From NCBI GenBank assembly GCA_977017645.1, contig OZ360235.1:20522001-20586000 (forward strand): 64,000 bases of DNA, read 5' to 3'. Of the stretch, positions 38,008 through 51,540 are shown piece after piece; within the stretch, counting starts at the first letter, position 1, and the number at the start of each line of letters is the position of its first letter. The translations under genes were made by a program, and so were the position numbers. This stretch comes from Torpedo marmorata (lineage: Eukaryota). The notes below the pieces were generated by a model. It was not told the DNA's origin, made no database searches, and saw nothing but the letters and a program-made list of their open reading frames with translations.

Positions 38008-38128
38008 AATTTGAATACGCCAGGAAAAAACGTATCCAGTACAGACGGGCCCAAGTTCCCTGGTGATAAGAGTTCAACGACGCAAAACAACAATCTTCAG
38101 AAAAAGGGGATCCAAGTGTTATCTGATG
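38008..38128 (+). CDS. CNOT2: CNOT2 coding exon (NLNTPGKNVSSTDGPKFPGDKSSTTQNNNLQKKGIQVLSDG)
   Basis: tacag|AAT...GATG|gtggga; 121 nt, phase 0 to 1. Confidence 0.96.
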
Positions 38129-38232
38129 GTGGGAAAATCAGTTCATTTCAAAATCGTGACCTTTCGAACTATTGTGGAGTGCTTTGTTGAATAAAGTGTT
38201 GGAAGGTTATACTACTTTTCCTTCTTATTCAG

Positions 38233-38389
38233 GACGAGTCACTAATATTCCGACGGGAATGGTAACAGATCAGTTTGGAATGATTGGACTGTTAACATTC
38301 ATTCGGGCGGCAGAGACAGATCCTGGAATGGTACATCTCGCATTAGGCAGTGACTTAACAACACTAGGCCTCAATCTAAACTCTCCAGA
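38233..38389 (+). CDS. CNOT2: CNOT2 coding exon (RVTNIPTGMVTDQFGMIGLLTFIRAAETDPGMVHLALGSDLTTLGLNLNSPE)
   Basis: ttcag|GA...GA|gtaagt; 157 nt; NOT1-anchor region of NOT2. Confidence 0.98.
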
Positions 38390-39589
38390 GTAAGTAGCAT
38401 TCCTAAATTTCCACTTTTGACTCCAGACTTTTATGTTATACAGCTATTTAATGTGGAAATGGAGCCATGTGCTATTACTATAGTCGCATTTCTGTTTACA
38501 GTTACAATAACAAGTTACAAGCGCCAGGTATTGATGCAGCTATTCAATTGGAAGAACCAAAATGTACCGGGGGTTGTAGGTCAATTGGGTGTAATTGGGC
38601 AATACGGGCTTGTGGGCCGAAAGGGCCTGTTACCATGCTGTATAAAAAAAATAATGATAATTTAATTTAATATTTCAAGATGTAATTAAATTAGTAAATT
38701 GATGCTGATCATTGGGGATTTGAGAGATGAAGAGGGGAATTAATAGAATAAGAAAGCCTAAAAGAACACTGTAGAACATGATTTTTGAGATTGCTAACAG
38801 TACTGTTAATTTTGCATACTATTACTGACATCTACAAAATTCCTTTTGGAAGATTTTCTTCTTTTTAACAAAGCACTGTTTCAAGTATTCCATATAGAAT
38901 CTGGTGCCTTGGATCAAGCTGCAGATTCAGATGCAAACGTTTAAACTCCTCAGTTCCCTTTTTTGCAGTTGAATGTCCTTCTGATCCTCTGCGCCGAATA
39001 AACTCTTTGAATAGTCTTTTATTCATCAGTATTTTTTAAACTATTTGCAGCAATTTGTTCTACCAACCTGTTTAGGATGTGTTTGAGATTCTTTTGATGT
39101 TAATGGTTCTCCACATTTTTGACTAGGTTTGTGCTCAATGTATGTGTTAGTTCATTTGTGCCATTTTGCAAAGCTTATTAAATATTTTGTTTTGTTTAAA
39201 CATTGCTTTTCTCTTATTTGTGACTGGAAAGTGGATTCTAACTTGATGACACTTATTTGCATTTTGGCTAAAAGCAGAAATAGAATCAATATATTTCTGG
39301 TATATGTATTTTTTTGTAACCATCTTGGCCATGCTTGTGTAGGAAATTATTTTAAGTGTTCAACGTTAGATCTGTTTGTAGATACTGTTAGGATTTGTTT
39401 TGGTATTAGACTAAACGATGTATAATGCCAGAGTAACTACTGATTCTTCAATTAGAATGTATTGCTTTTTAAAGAAATGTAGAAGTATATTTTCTGTAAC
39501 TTGGGTACTCAGTGTCACATTTAGTAACTCAGCATCTGGCTGCTTTGTTAGATCAAGAATCTGTATGATTAATTGTCAGTATTTTACAG

Positions 39590-39651
39590 AAATCTTTATC
39601 CCAAATTTGCATCTCCTTGGGCATCAGCACCCTGCCGACCTCAAGATATTG
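39590..39651 (+). CDS. CNOT2: CNOT2 coding exon (NLYPKFASPWASAPCRPQDI)
   Basis: tacag|A...G|gtgaga; 62 nt. Confidence 0.97.
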
Positions 39652-39751
39652 GTGAGAATAACTACGTTTATTTTTCAAAACACAGTGGATCTGTTAATTC
39701 CTTCAAAAGTCTACTTTTAAATAACTGAGCACCAATCATCTTCTTTCACAG

Positions 39752-39801
39752 ATTTTCATGTTCCATCGGAGTATCTAACAAACATACACATTAGGGACAA
39801 G
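39752..39801 (+). CDS. CNOT2: CNOT2 coding exon (DFHVPSEYLTNIHIRDK)
   Basis: cacag|AT...AAG|gtgagt; 50 nt. Confidence 0.97.
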
Positions 39802-41549
39802 GTGAGTGTAGTTGTTAAGTAGTAGAAAAGCCACCTTAAATAATGTAGATAATGCAGTTTTTGTCATCTCGGAAAGCTGAAGTTAAAGTGAAAAAGCTGC
39901 AAATTAAATGTGAAGTGTGTATCATTAGTTTCATTTGAAGCTGGTGTGTGGGGAAAACTGTCATGGTATATGGATATTATTGCTGTTTTCTTCTCGGTAA
40001 CTCGGTTGGTAAAGGGGCTGTCCATTGTGCAATTGGATGTGCAGTCACTTTATTCAAGCTCCAATCTTTGATGTTTTTACTAACTTCAGATTGACGCAGA
40101 AGGAATGGGAGCTAAAATTAATTGCAGTGCTCTTGGCTGAGAATAGGAAAATTAGTAATGCTCCAACCCAATTTTGAAAGGACAAATGGATTGATGTTGG
40201 GTGAGGATAGTAGTTGGTGTGTACCTTACAGCCTACCAACAAGAAGCATCACCTTCATGACAAGGGACCACACAGAACCTGGATCTAAGGCACACATTTA
40301 GTAGAAAAAAGAGCACAGTTGGGTATCTGGAAAAGTGGAACCACAGTAGTTTTGTTTGTTTGCTCTTGGGGCTGAGGGGAAGTCGGGAAAACTCGCCTGT
40401 TGCCCACCCTTAGTTTTCTTGAGGAACTCTCTATAATGGTGGTGCTGGTGTGGTAATATAAGAGTGGTGATGTTAACAAACTAAGTTGTTGAATCTGACA
40501 ATGAAGGGATGATAATTACTTCCACGAGTCAAGATAGTAGAAAGGAAACTCTGAAATTCTGCTGTTCTTCTGACACTGGCTCTATTGTTCTTAGTTGTAG
40601 CAGTTAATGAGACTTGAGGCTGTTGTAGATGTCTTGAAGGCAAATTTAGACCGCCAAGGAACACCAGGTGCTGTAGGTTTCTGTGAGGGGCGCTGGACAA
40701 AATAGCAACCCTTTGTCTGCCGTACGGTAGACAAAAATTAAAGAATTTCATGTATGTTACATTCTAAATGTAGTATTACGTGACAATAATAGAACCTTTA
40801 CCTTTACCTTTTTACTGTGGCACATCCTGTGTCTAATAGAGTGCAAGCACAGGGCAGAGGAGACAGAAGAGTGTGATTTAAGAACATATTATTGTTGGAG
40901 AAAAGAAAATGGCATGATTCAAAGATAATATTAATTTTAAATTATTGCCAAGGTACTACCCAGCCATAGTTATCAGCCCAGGTAATTATCTATCCTTGAT
41001 CCTTCCTTTTCTTCCTCTTAATGGCAACACCCTCCAGAAAATTTGGATCAACTTCTGCAGATAGGCAAATGAAACCAACATTTTCATCAGTTCAGCTCCA
41101 GTGTATGTGTTTTCACACTTCTTGTCCAAGAACTGATCTTGGATGAGTTTAACATTTTTACAGTTAGGCCTCAGAAGACAGAAACATTTTCTTCAACAGC
41201 CACATTTCTGCACCAGACCCATTTTTCTCTCCAGCTTCATTGCTTCTCCTGTTTCTGCTTACACCTTCATTCCGGATTGAACTATTCCTGTTGATCTCCA
41301 ATTACCACAAGTTTACCTACACAGTATTTTAATGCCCCTTGGAATGTTCTGCTCCCATCTACGATACTGACAATATAAGAAAATATCATCAGCCAACTTT
41401 AATCAAAGAAAATTTATGGCACAGATAGAGACTGATGAACCTTCTTTCCCAACCGTACTGCTCACCATTTGGTCACTCTGCTGCTTCTTCTTTTGCTTCC
41501 ATTGCTCTTTCAGGCAGTGAGTTTCTTCACTGGGTAAAAAAAAAAAAAG

Positions 41550-42330
41550 TCTATGGCCTCTTAGAACCTAAGAAAAATAGGTCCTTCCTATTTATTGAGA
41601 CCTTAATAGTTTTATACACCTCAATTAAGCCTCCCCTCAGCCTCCTCCAAAGAAAACAAGCGTAGCTTCTCCATTCTTTCCTCATTGCTACAATTTTCCA
41701 GTCGAACCAACATTTTTTTTGTAAATCTCTGCAGCCTCCAGAACTTGCATCTTTCCTGTAATATGGCCACCCATACTGTGACAAAACTAATACTGGTCTC
41801 CTTACTTGAGAAAAGAAATACTGGCTCTGGAGGCACTGCAGAGGAGGTTCATCAGGTAGATTCCAGAGATGAAGGGTTTAGCCTATGAGGAGAAGTTGAG
41901 TCGCCTAGGAGAATCCTCATTGGAATTCATGGGAATGAGAGGGGACCTTATAGAAACATATAAAATTATGAAACTGATAGATAAGTTAGAGGCAGGAAAG
42001 TTGTTTCCACTGGTAGGTGAGACTAGAACTAAGTGACATAGCCTCAAGACTCGGGAAGTAGATTTAGGACAGAGATGAGAAGAAACTGCTTTTCCCAGAG
42101 AGTAGTGAATCTGTGCAATTCACTGCCCAAGGAACCGGTTGAGGCTGCTTCATTAAATATATACCAAGACACACATAGTTACATTTTTGTGTAGCAGGGG
42201 AATTAAGGGTTATGGGGAAAAGGCAGGCAGGTGGAGCTGAGTCCATGGCCAGATCAGCCATGATCTTATTGAATGGTGGAGCAGGCTCGTAGGTCAGATG
42301 GCCTCTCTTGCTCCTATTTCTTGAGTTCTT
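41550..42330. mobile_element. Two CR1 3' fragments in opposite orientations
   Basis: Minus strand ..EERMEKLRLFSLE..RLRGGLIEVYK; plus strand gaggaggttcatcagg..ttttcccagagagtagtgaatctgtg..gctcctatttcttg. Confidence 0.8.
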
Positions 42331-42721
42331 ATACAGCACCTCTCATTTATTGTTATACCCATGCATTTTGTTTCTACCAAAATACAACATCTGAAACTCC
42401 TCTTGCTCAAATTCCATTTGCTATTTTTCCATCAAACAGATCAGATCATTTATGTCTGTATCTTCTTGCAGCTGAAAGCTTTTCTCCTCATTGTAAACCA
42501 TATGGCCAACTTTTATACTTTCCACAAACAACTTATAATATACCCTACATGGATGTCACAAGGTATTTTAGTTTCTAGATGTCAGGATCCAGAACACTGG
42601 TTCACTGAACCCAATCTTATGTTTGATTGTATAGGTCACCAGGTATAGGAATGGGAACATTTTGTTTACTGATTGTCTTTCAGTGGCTTAATTATAGTTG
42701 CATTAATAAACTAATTAATAC

Positions 42722-43790
42722 ACTCAGCTTTCAACACCATTGTCCCCTCAGTACTGGTCAGCATGCCTCAAAACCTGGGCCTCTGCAACTGGCCCATTGA
42801 CTTCCTCATTGGAAGACCACAGTCAGTGCAGATCGTTAACAACATTTCCTCACTGACCATCAACACAGGCGCACCTCAAGGCTGCATGCTTAACCAACTG
42901 CTCTACTCTCTACACTCATGACTGTGTGGCTAAGCACAAATCAAATGCCATCTACAAATTTGCCAGTGACACCATGGTTGTCTGCAGAGTCTCAGACGGC
43001 AATGAGGAAGCATACAGGAGTGAGATAGATCACCTTGCATACACCTTGCATTCAACGTTAGCAAAACTAAGGAATTGATCATGGACTTCAGAAAGGGGAA
43101 ACCAGGAGAACACAACTCAATCCTCATTGAGGGGTCAGCAGTAGAGAGGGTAAGGAACTTCAAATTCCTGGGTGTCAACATCTCTGAAAACCTCTCCAGG
43201 GGCCATCAAGTTGATGAAATCATGAAGAAGGCTCGCCAGCGGCTATATTTTGTTTGGAGTTTGAGGAGATTTGGTATGTCACCAAAGGCTCTTGCAAATT
43301 TCTACAGGTGTACCGTGAAGAGCATTCTGACTGGTGGCATCACTGTCTGGTATGGAGGTGCTAATGCACAGGTCAGGAAAAGGCTACAGAGGGTTGTAAA
43401 CTCCGCCAACGCCATTATGGGCATTACTCTTCACTCCATCTTTAAGAAGCGGTGTCTCAAGAAAGCAGCTTCTATCATAAGGACCCACCACCCAGGCTGT
43501 GCCCTTTTCTCACTGCCACCATCAGGAAAGAGGTACAGGAGCCTGAAGACACACACTCAACATTACAAAAACAGCTTCTTGCCCTCCGCCATCAGATTTC
43601 TGAATGGACAATCAACCTATGGACTCTACCTAACTTTTCCTCTTTTTTGCACTAATTATTTATTTTTAAATTCTTGTATTTGCAGAATTGTAATTTATAG
43701 CAATTTTGCGCCTGTAATGCACAATACCACTGCCGCAAAACAACAAATTTTGTGACACATTCATGGCAATAAACCTGATTCTGATTCTAA
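42722..43790 (+). mobile_element. Rex1/Babar-like LINE 3' fragment (RT C-terminus)
   Basis: SAFNTIVP motif; ORF 43075-43755 (VERVRNFKFLGV..RQRLYF..NFYRCTV); AATAAA plus (ATTCTG)n tail. Confidence 0.85.
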
Positions 43791-43804
43791 TACTCCCATT
43801 AGTA

Positions 43805-44011
43805 AGTAAACACGAAAATCTGTAGACACCGTAATAATGTAGTAAAAAACACAAAAGCTGGAGAACTCAGCAGGTCAAACAGTGTCTTTTATGTAGCAAA
43901 GGTAGAAATACATATGAAGGGCACAAGCCTGAAACGTCGGTTATGTATTTCTACCTTTGCTACATAAAAGACACTGTTTGACCTGCTGAGTTCTCCAGCT
44001 TTTGTGTTTTT
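43805..44011. mobile_element. Palindromic Penelope-like insertion with 14-bp TSD and a perfect 74-bp inverted repeat
   Basis: TACTCCCATTAGTA at 43791-43804 and 44012-44025; arms 43841-43914 and 43942-44015. Confidence 0.85.
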
Positions 44012-44668
44012 TACTCCCATTAGTACTTCTCTGCAGACCTTTTGATTTGTGAACACACTCACAGGTAAGTACTCCTCTATATTTGAAAAAACACATTCAT
44101 TGGGCTGTGCTGGGTACCTGGTGCAAGCCCCTGCCCTTTGCTGTCACTTCCACAGCAATGAAATGGCAATTTTGTTGCTGTGTGTCTCTTTGTGGAGTGA
44201 GCCATCAAGCTAATATTGAGAGGCTGGTGATGGGCTGGTGCTGCACAGCAGTGAGACCATTCAGCAGTCAAGATTGAGGGTTCAGGGGTGTATTATAGAG
44301 AAATCTCTGGGCTGGAAGACCTGCCAGACAAGGCGAGGGGACAGAACAATTTCCATTACCTCTGACAGAATCCGGACCATCTGTCAACAAAAGGAACAAG
44401 TGCTGCCAGTCCACAGAAGTAACCCACATTCGAAGTTGAAGCCATAATACAACTCAAGACCCACATCTCAGCACTCCTGCCCACCCAACATCACCCACAG
44501 GCAGCCATTGCACAAGTCAGGCAACAATGAAATCACCTTAAACTTTTAGTTGCAGCCGAAACACTCAGCCTTCATTTAGGTTCTCAGCACAGCAACGTTG
44601 ACAGTAACTTATCCCTTAAAATATAATGCTATAATAACCCTTTTGGATATGATTTCATGAGTGCTCTA

Positions 44669-44925
44669 GGGCGGCGCGGTTAGTGTAGAGTGGCGCAGTT
44701 AGCATAGCGGTTAGTGCAATGTGATTACAGCACAGGTGATCCAGGTTGAAATTTGCCTGTAAGGAATTTGGACGTTCTCCCAGTGACCGTGTGGGTTTCC
44801 TCCAGGTGCTCCGGTTTCCTCCCATGTACCAAAGATGTATAGATTAGTAGGTTAATTGGGCATCTGGGCAGGGCGGGCTCATGGGCCGGAAAGACCTGTT
44901 GCCGTGCTGAATCTCCAAAATGTAA
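44669..44925 (+). mobile_element. tRNA-derived V-SINE with duplicated head
   Basis: ggcggcgcggttagtgtag..ggcgcagttagcatagcggttag, B-box ggttgaaatt, core gtgggtttcctccaggtgctccggtttcctccca. Confidence 0.85.
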
Positions 44926-45904
44926 CATTTGTAAAAATTTCTGGAAATGCATCCTGAGCACCAAATGAGGTGTTATCGGAAGGTGATCAATTCTTTGACA
45001 TTTTAATTATTTTCAGCACTTCAGTACAATAGGAAAATTTTGGTCTTTCTTGGACAAAAGGATTGGAGTGAAGCTGGAGTTGGGGAGAGGGACAATGTTA
45101 ATAATCTTAAATAGGCCAATGACTTGTTTATATTGTAAGACAAACACCAAACTTGCTTGTAGCTGGTAATTTGCAAAAAAATATCTGTCTTGCTTATCTT
45201 GTCCAGACAATGAAATCTATATCCACCATTGTCTGTGACCTTGAGAATTTAACCCAACCAGAACTGATTGTTCTCTGAGGTATCAATGAACCGTGGCTCT
45301 TTTCCTCTTAGTCTTCAGGTTACTGCAAATGTCAGTGTTAGTCTTTTTTTTTTGGGTTCTCTCTTTTGTGATTTTTTATGTATTATCTGAAGCAGGAAGA
45401 GTATTAAAATCACTTTCACATATTTTATTTTTGATAACTAGTCCATGTCCCAAGGTGTTGCATACAGGAAGTCAAAACCAAATCCACTGATGCTGAAGTT
45501 AGAGCCTATGGAATAATTGAATGCAAGCACATAGCCAAAATTCAGTTCACTTTTTAGAGATACCTACTACCTGTATTTATTATGAAACAATATCAAATTC
45601 AAGTATTCAGCTGTTAAATGTAGCTGTTTGGCAAAGATGTTCAGTTTGTGCTTTTTTTTTCTTGAATTCCTTAATGCAAATTACAGCACATTAAGTTTCT
45701 AATACAAGTAAGATTAGTATGTGGCATTGTTAATCGAAATTGATCCAGACATTTTTTTCATTAGCATAAACTGATTTAAACTATTATGCTAGGAGTAGAA
45801 GTATTGTACATATCAGGAAGGTTGAACAACAGTTTGGCCTGAGAGTTAAGTTTGAAGAAGGTGATGGAGCGGTTTAGTGAAAAAAAATTGGACATAGATA
45901 TTTA

Positions 45905-46345
45905 TGTGGGAAACCAGTTGCGGAAATAACTCAGCGGCTAAGGCACAGTCTGCAGAGGGAAAGGCCTGATGTTTTAGTTCAAGGCCCTGCTTCGGGACTG
46001 TGTGTGTGGAGAGAAGATAGCCAGTGTATATGTAAGTGAGAGGTTGGAGTGAGTCAGACTGGCAGGTGATAGGTGTAACCAGATCAAAGAGAAGGGGAGG
46101 GATGTGATGGGAAGGTGGAACCATTAAGGGAGGGGGAGGGGATAGGAAAAGTGAATCAAGGGAATAAAAACCCAGGTGGATAGGTATTTGGGTGATGGGC
46201 AGGTGGAGGTGGGCGCGGGGCAGAGCGAGTCTTGGTAACAAGTAGGGAAAAACAAAAATGAGAACAAAAGGAGAGAGAACTTGGGTTAACTGGTGTGAGT
46301 GGGAAAGGAACAGGGTGTGGGTTCATTAAAACTGGAAAATTCAAC
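45905..46345 (-). mobile_element. Decayed Penelope-like repeat fragment
   Basis: Purine-rich body and aactcagc..gtctgcagaggga end shared with 59445-60065. Confidence 0.55.
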
Positions 46346-46536
46346 GTCTACCATATTTTTTGAAGGATCAACAATTGTGACTTTGTCACAGTATGAATAT
46401 TTATGTACTTTTGCTGAAATCAGTTGTACGTTTTGGTGGTAACTATTGTGTTCTTGTGATATTAAAATATAACTTGTTTGTTTTAGGCATTATATTTAAA
46501 ATATGAAATAAAACTGATGTAATCATTTCTTTACAG

Positions 46537-46637
46537 CTTGCTGCAATAAAACTTGCCCGCTATGGAGAAGACCTCCTTTTCTATCTGTACTACATGAATG
46601 GAGGAGATGTCTTACAGTTACTTGCAGCAGTAGAGTT
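46537..46637 (+). CDS. CNOT2: CNOT2 coding exon, NOT box (LAAIKLARYGEDLLFYLYYMNGGDVLQLLAAVEL)
   Basis: tacag|CTT...TT|gtatgt; 101 nt. Confidence 0.98.
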
Positions 46638-46835
46638 GTATGTCCTTTTAAATGCATAACACATTTAGTTCAAGTTAAATTTCTTGTAGAGACAATTTTC
46701 ATGTTAAATCTAATGATTCAGATTTATTTTATCAGTCCTTTTGCAAAATAATGATGCATTTGTTCATCTGTTTATTGGATGGATTTAATGCAATTAATAT
46801 TCATAAATGTCTTTTTATCATATTATGAATGTTAG

Positions 46836-46980
46836 ATTTAACCGAGACTGGAGGTACCATAAAGAAGAGCGAGTCTGGATCACGAGGGCCCCAGGGATGG
46901 AGCCAACAGTAAAGACCAACACCTATGAAAGGGGGACATACTATTTCTTTGACTGTCTTAACTGGAGAAAGGTTGCTAAA
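46836..46980 (+). CDS. CNOT2: CNOT2 coding exon, NOT box (FNRDWRYHKEERVWITRAPGMEPTVKTNTYERGTYYFFDCLNWRKVAK)
   Basis: gttag|A...AAA|gtaaga; 145 nt. Confidence 0.98.
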
Positions 46981-49900
46981 GTAAGAGCTGATGTACTAAT
47001 TGATTTTATATAATGCAGAAATTGCTGACCTATTGTACAGAAGTCAGATGAATTACTAATAATGTTTCTTTATTGGAGATTAAGCATTATCTGTTTGCTG
47101 AAAACAAAATGTTTTTGTATGCAATCTTGTGTATTTATTTTCTGACCAGCAAATCTGAGCTGTGGTTCTCTATAATAAAGGCAGCTGAAATAGCCTAGAT
47201 TTGTGTGTTCATGTTTTAACGCTTGAAACTGCTAGATATTCTGGCAAGTTCCGTGTTCTCTAGGCTATCCTTTTTTTAAAAGATTTCAACACGTGGAGTG
47301 AAAAAGAATACAGTGTACTTGATAAAAAGGATTTGGCCCCACTATACCTTTAATTTCTTGAAGTTTTATCCCATTTTCATGCGCTTTCTCTGTATCCTTT
47401 TGCATTCTACGGCAAATGTAATCAGTTGTCAGAAGTAGCTTTATTTCTGTAATATTAACCAAAATGTTAATGTTTACAATGTTAAATAAGTTTTAAGAAA
47501 AAGAATCTTCCAGTTTTGTTCACTTTCTATTTTTTTTTTACTTTATTCTTAATGATTTGCAGTTACTTAAATGTTTAATTTATTATTAACTGCTTGGACT
47601 TTTTTATGTTTTGTTATAAGCTGTAATTGTGTTGTAGCTATTTTTTTCTACGGTTGCTCCATCTTATTTCCAATTGAGCCTAGATGTATGTAAGCTACTT
47701 CTTAATAAGGACTGGTCAAGTCAGCAAAATGAGCCAAGTGCATAGTCATTTCCGATCCTGCACTTTCCTAGGGTCCTAAATCTGATTCCAATTTCCTGAA
47801 GGAAAGCCTCTGGGGGCTACTTTATCCAAACTGGATCTTGAATGATGCAATGTTTATTTGTTGTCTATTGGAGGAAGTGGTCAATATAAGATACGATAAC
47901 TTGAACTGACACTCAAAAGGTGATCAACCTGGGTGCCTAAAGAGAACTCATCATCAGCACTTGAAGAGGTAATTAGAAAAGCATTTGCTTATGCTGACTT
48001 TGTAAGGACATGTTTTGAAGCCTCCTAAATGATATCTAGCAAGCATTGCACTCAGGTTTGTCGGGAGCAATTCATCATTTACTAAACTAATGCCTCAATT
48101 AAGCCTTAACCAAGGCCAGTAGATCAAATTCCTGAACGTTGTTAAAAGTTGGGGATTCTCAGCAAAGCATAATTTACTTTTATTCATTGTACCTGGTGCA
48201 TAATTTCAGTTTGTATTTGCCTGATAGAAACTGAACTACTATAAAACAAATTTCACAAAGTTTCAATGCAGCCACGAATGGACAAAATGCAATCCAATGA
48301 TTCAGGAATGCCATAAATCCAGCATCTGTGCAGTTCAAGAGTTGCAATACATCACCAACCACCCTGAAAACAAACTCTTTGGGACAAGAATCTCACAATG
48401 CTTCATTGAAAGACCAGTTGCCCTATAATTGTAACCTGTGCAAAATTTCATTTTGAAGTTGTAAATTCAGCATTGTCATATCAGTATAACAGCTAACAGA
48501 GCAGTCTGACTCAAGACACTTGATAATATATTTAAATATCACAAACTTTTTCCATTCCAATTGAAGAACATACAAGAACATCTATTGTAACTGCAATTTT
48601 CATCCAAAATTTTCTGTGCACCTTAAAGGTATGTGAAGGTTTAAATTGAAGGGATGTTTAGATTTGTTTTTAGCATTAAATTAGATCTCTTTATTTTATT
48701 TATGCAATTAAATTCTGAATTGTCTTAAAATATATTTTGTTAATCAAAATACTGGTAGGAAATGTGCTTTTTTATTATATCTTATAGTTCTGTATATTAA
48801 ATCCATTGCCTTTTAAACATTTTGTAGAATTTGCAAAGGCCTAACTAATTTCTAACAGTGTGCTTCAATTGTTGGACCTTTTTGAAGGTGTGTCTCATTG
48901 ACGAACGAGTAAAATTACTGAAATCACAGGTTTTAGATGATCTTGATTTGAAAAAAAAGCAGATTCCCATAAAGAAGTCAGTTCAATTCAGTTATTACTG
49001 AGGGTGTTGTTTTTTTGGTATTTTTATGGAATTGTGCCCAAATGAAAGTGATCATACAAACTATTCTTGAAGCTAGTCATATTGCTTCTTCAAAGCATTA
49101 TGTGGTAATATCAGTTCACCTCTGCAGTATGGAGTGCTATTTCAATTCATCGTGCTTTAGCTATGTTCTAAAGCACCTTTCCTAATGGTCTCCATGATTA
49201 AAAAGTTCCATACAAATTTTAGTATCATACAACTTTGTTTTCGAAAAAAATGTTTCCACTTTATGAGATGGTTCCATTTTTTAAAAAAATAATGCCAATG
49301 CGTACATTTTAATTCCATAGAGGATGATATCTACTTGTTATGATAGAACATTTGGTGTCTCATATTAATTTATATGAGAATACCACCAATGAAGGAAAAC
49401 AGGTTGCCAATTTAATTGCAGCAGGTTTGTTGAATTGTATATTGTGTGTTTTCAGACACAAGTCATTACATTTCAGGTATGTGATGTATTTGAGATGCAT
49501 AAGACATTATATGAATGTAAGTGATTTTCTTAAGCATTGAAATACTGTGAGCAACACTTTCTCCAATTGCCTCATTACTTTTCCTCTTTAAATGTGGTGG
49601 ACTGTGGCATATTCCTCTAATTTCTCTATTATTCAGTGCCATGAAACTATTCTTTGGCTGAATTTCTTTCCCACACAATGATTTATTTTTCCTCCATCAC
49701 ACATATTTAGAACGTGTGGGATGGAGGGAAATTAACTATCCTGCATCTTTGTCTACATCCTGTACCTCTTTCACAAAAATGAACTCTTACATAACTTGCA
49801 TTTATATTATGGTTTTTCACCGCAGCAGAGTGTAAGACATTTCAGAATCAGAATCAGAATTAAAATTTATTGTCATGAACAAGTCACGAAATTCGGTGTT

Positions 49901-50873
49901 TTGTGGCAGCATCACAAGTGCAATTAACATTCATATTATAACCATCTTACGACATTACTATAAAAAATTATAAATAATAGTGCATTTCAAAGCCAGGAAA
50001 GTACTTTTGAAATGAAAGCCAGGAAAGTGCTTTTGAAATGTCATTGTACAATGAAGATAAAAGTGGCAGCCATTTTAAATAGTTTCTTAAACAACAATTT
50101 GATGATTAACTAAGTAAACTAATTTTGGTTGCAAAGAATAAAATTTCATCTGGATGTTAATCATCCTTTGCGAAGGGAGACTGATTTAGCATCTTTCCTA
50201 ATACATGCCACTTCCCAGTACTTTAATGAAGATTATTTGCTGGAGGCTGTGGCTTCAGTCCACAATATTAGTGCATAACTGACCAATGATTCTTCATCCA
50301 TGCTGATCATAAGTTCTAAATTTCCACAATTCTTTTCTGAACATCCTCAGTACTTTTCTACTCTCATACTGCTTGACTAACAGCAGTTCAAGACTGAACA
50401 AATGTCTTCAGTATTTAGCCAGAGCTCTTTCTCCTTTACTATTTATTCCATTTCCCTCCAGGGCCATTCCCTCAAACTGATCTAGAGTATTCGTAATATC
50501 CTGTTCGTACCTGAACAGCATTTTAAAACTGACAACCTGACCATCAAAACTGTTAGCAAGTAAACTGCTTTCCTCTGCTTTTCTCTATGTTCTCACATCA
50601 CTGAAGCTTTTGGGTGTCTTTGTGAGATCCAGCATTGATGGCCTCAACCTCCACCAATAGAAAACTAGTTTTTTTGAAGCACTGTCACTCTCTTTTATCA
50701 TTTTAAATTTAAAATCTTTGTAAATACCTTGCACTTAAACTCTCCCATCTCTTTCATTGAGGTAAACCCTCCCAATATATTTACTACTTTTTCATCCCAT
50801 CATCGGTAACAGATTTATGATGCCTCAACTCTACTCTTTGTAACACATTTCCTGAATGTCTCTGTCTCTGCCT

Positions 50874-51110
50874 GGGCGACACGGTTAGCGTAGCGGTTAG
50901 CTCAATACTGTTACAGTGCCAGTTCTAATCTGGCATTGTCTGTAAGGAGTTTGTACGTTCTCCCCATGTCTGCGTGGGTTTCCTCCGGATGCTCCGGTTT
51001 TCTCCCACCGTTCAAAACATACTGGGGGTTGTAGGTCAATTGGATGTAATTGGGCGGCACAGGCTCGTGGACCGAAAAGACCTGTTACTGTGCTGTATGT
51101 CTAAATTTAA
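50874..51110 (+). mobile_element. tRNA-derived V-SINE (HE1-like)
   Basis: gggcgacacggttagcgtagcggttag..gtttgtacgttctcccc..gtgggtttcctccgg..ctgtatgtctaaatttaaa. Confidence 0.85.
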
Positions 51111-51453
51111 AACTTACATCTTCACTTTTAAGAGCTTCCAAAAGATATCTTTGACCTGTTATTCATCCATCACTAATAAATTTATTTTAGAAGTTGCCTT
51201 TCATGACCAAAGGGTGTTTCATGGCATTGAAGTACTTCAGAAATGTATTTGGTTTGTAATGTAATCTCGTTCTTCTTTGTCTACATTTTTTTGAAGAACT
51301 TTGGGAAGTAAAACATTTGTTAAATGCAAGCTATGTGCTGTTCAATTTGTGAACATACACTATCTGTACCCCTGGATGTCTCTGAGCATCTTGTATGGCT
51401 TTCAGATGAAAGTTTCTTGTTGCATAACTAACTTGTTCTTTTTGGGATTTCAG

Positions 51454-51540
51454 GAGTTCCACCTGGAGTATGATAAACTAGAGGAAAGACCTCATCTGCC
51501 GTCATCTTTGAACTACAACCCTGCTCAGCAAGCCTTCTAA
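51454..51540 (+). CDS. CNOT2: CNOT2 last coding exon (EFHLEYDKLEERPHLPSSLNYNPAQQAF*)
   Basis: ttcag|GAG...TAA; canonical CNOT2 C-terminus NPAQQAF. Confidence 0.98.
   Translation, partial: EFHLEYDKLEERPHLPSSLNYNPAQQAF

Noticed and set aside
46638-46835. U12-type intron (donor gtatgtcctttt resembles GTATCCTT; weak pyrimidine tract)
   Set aside because: The donor fits U2-type GTATGT and I see no TCCTTAAC branch point near the acceptor.
49988-50041. Short tandem duplication (aaagccaggaaagt.cttttgaaatg x2)
   Set aside because: A simple local duplication beside a LINE tail with no sign of function.
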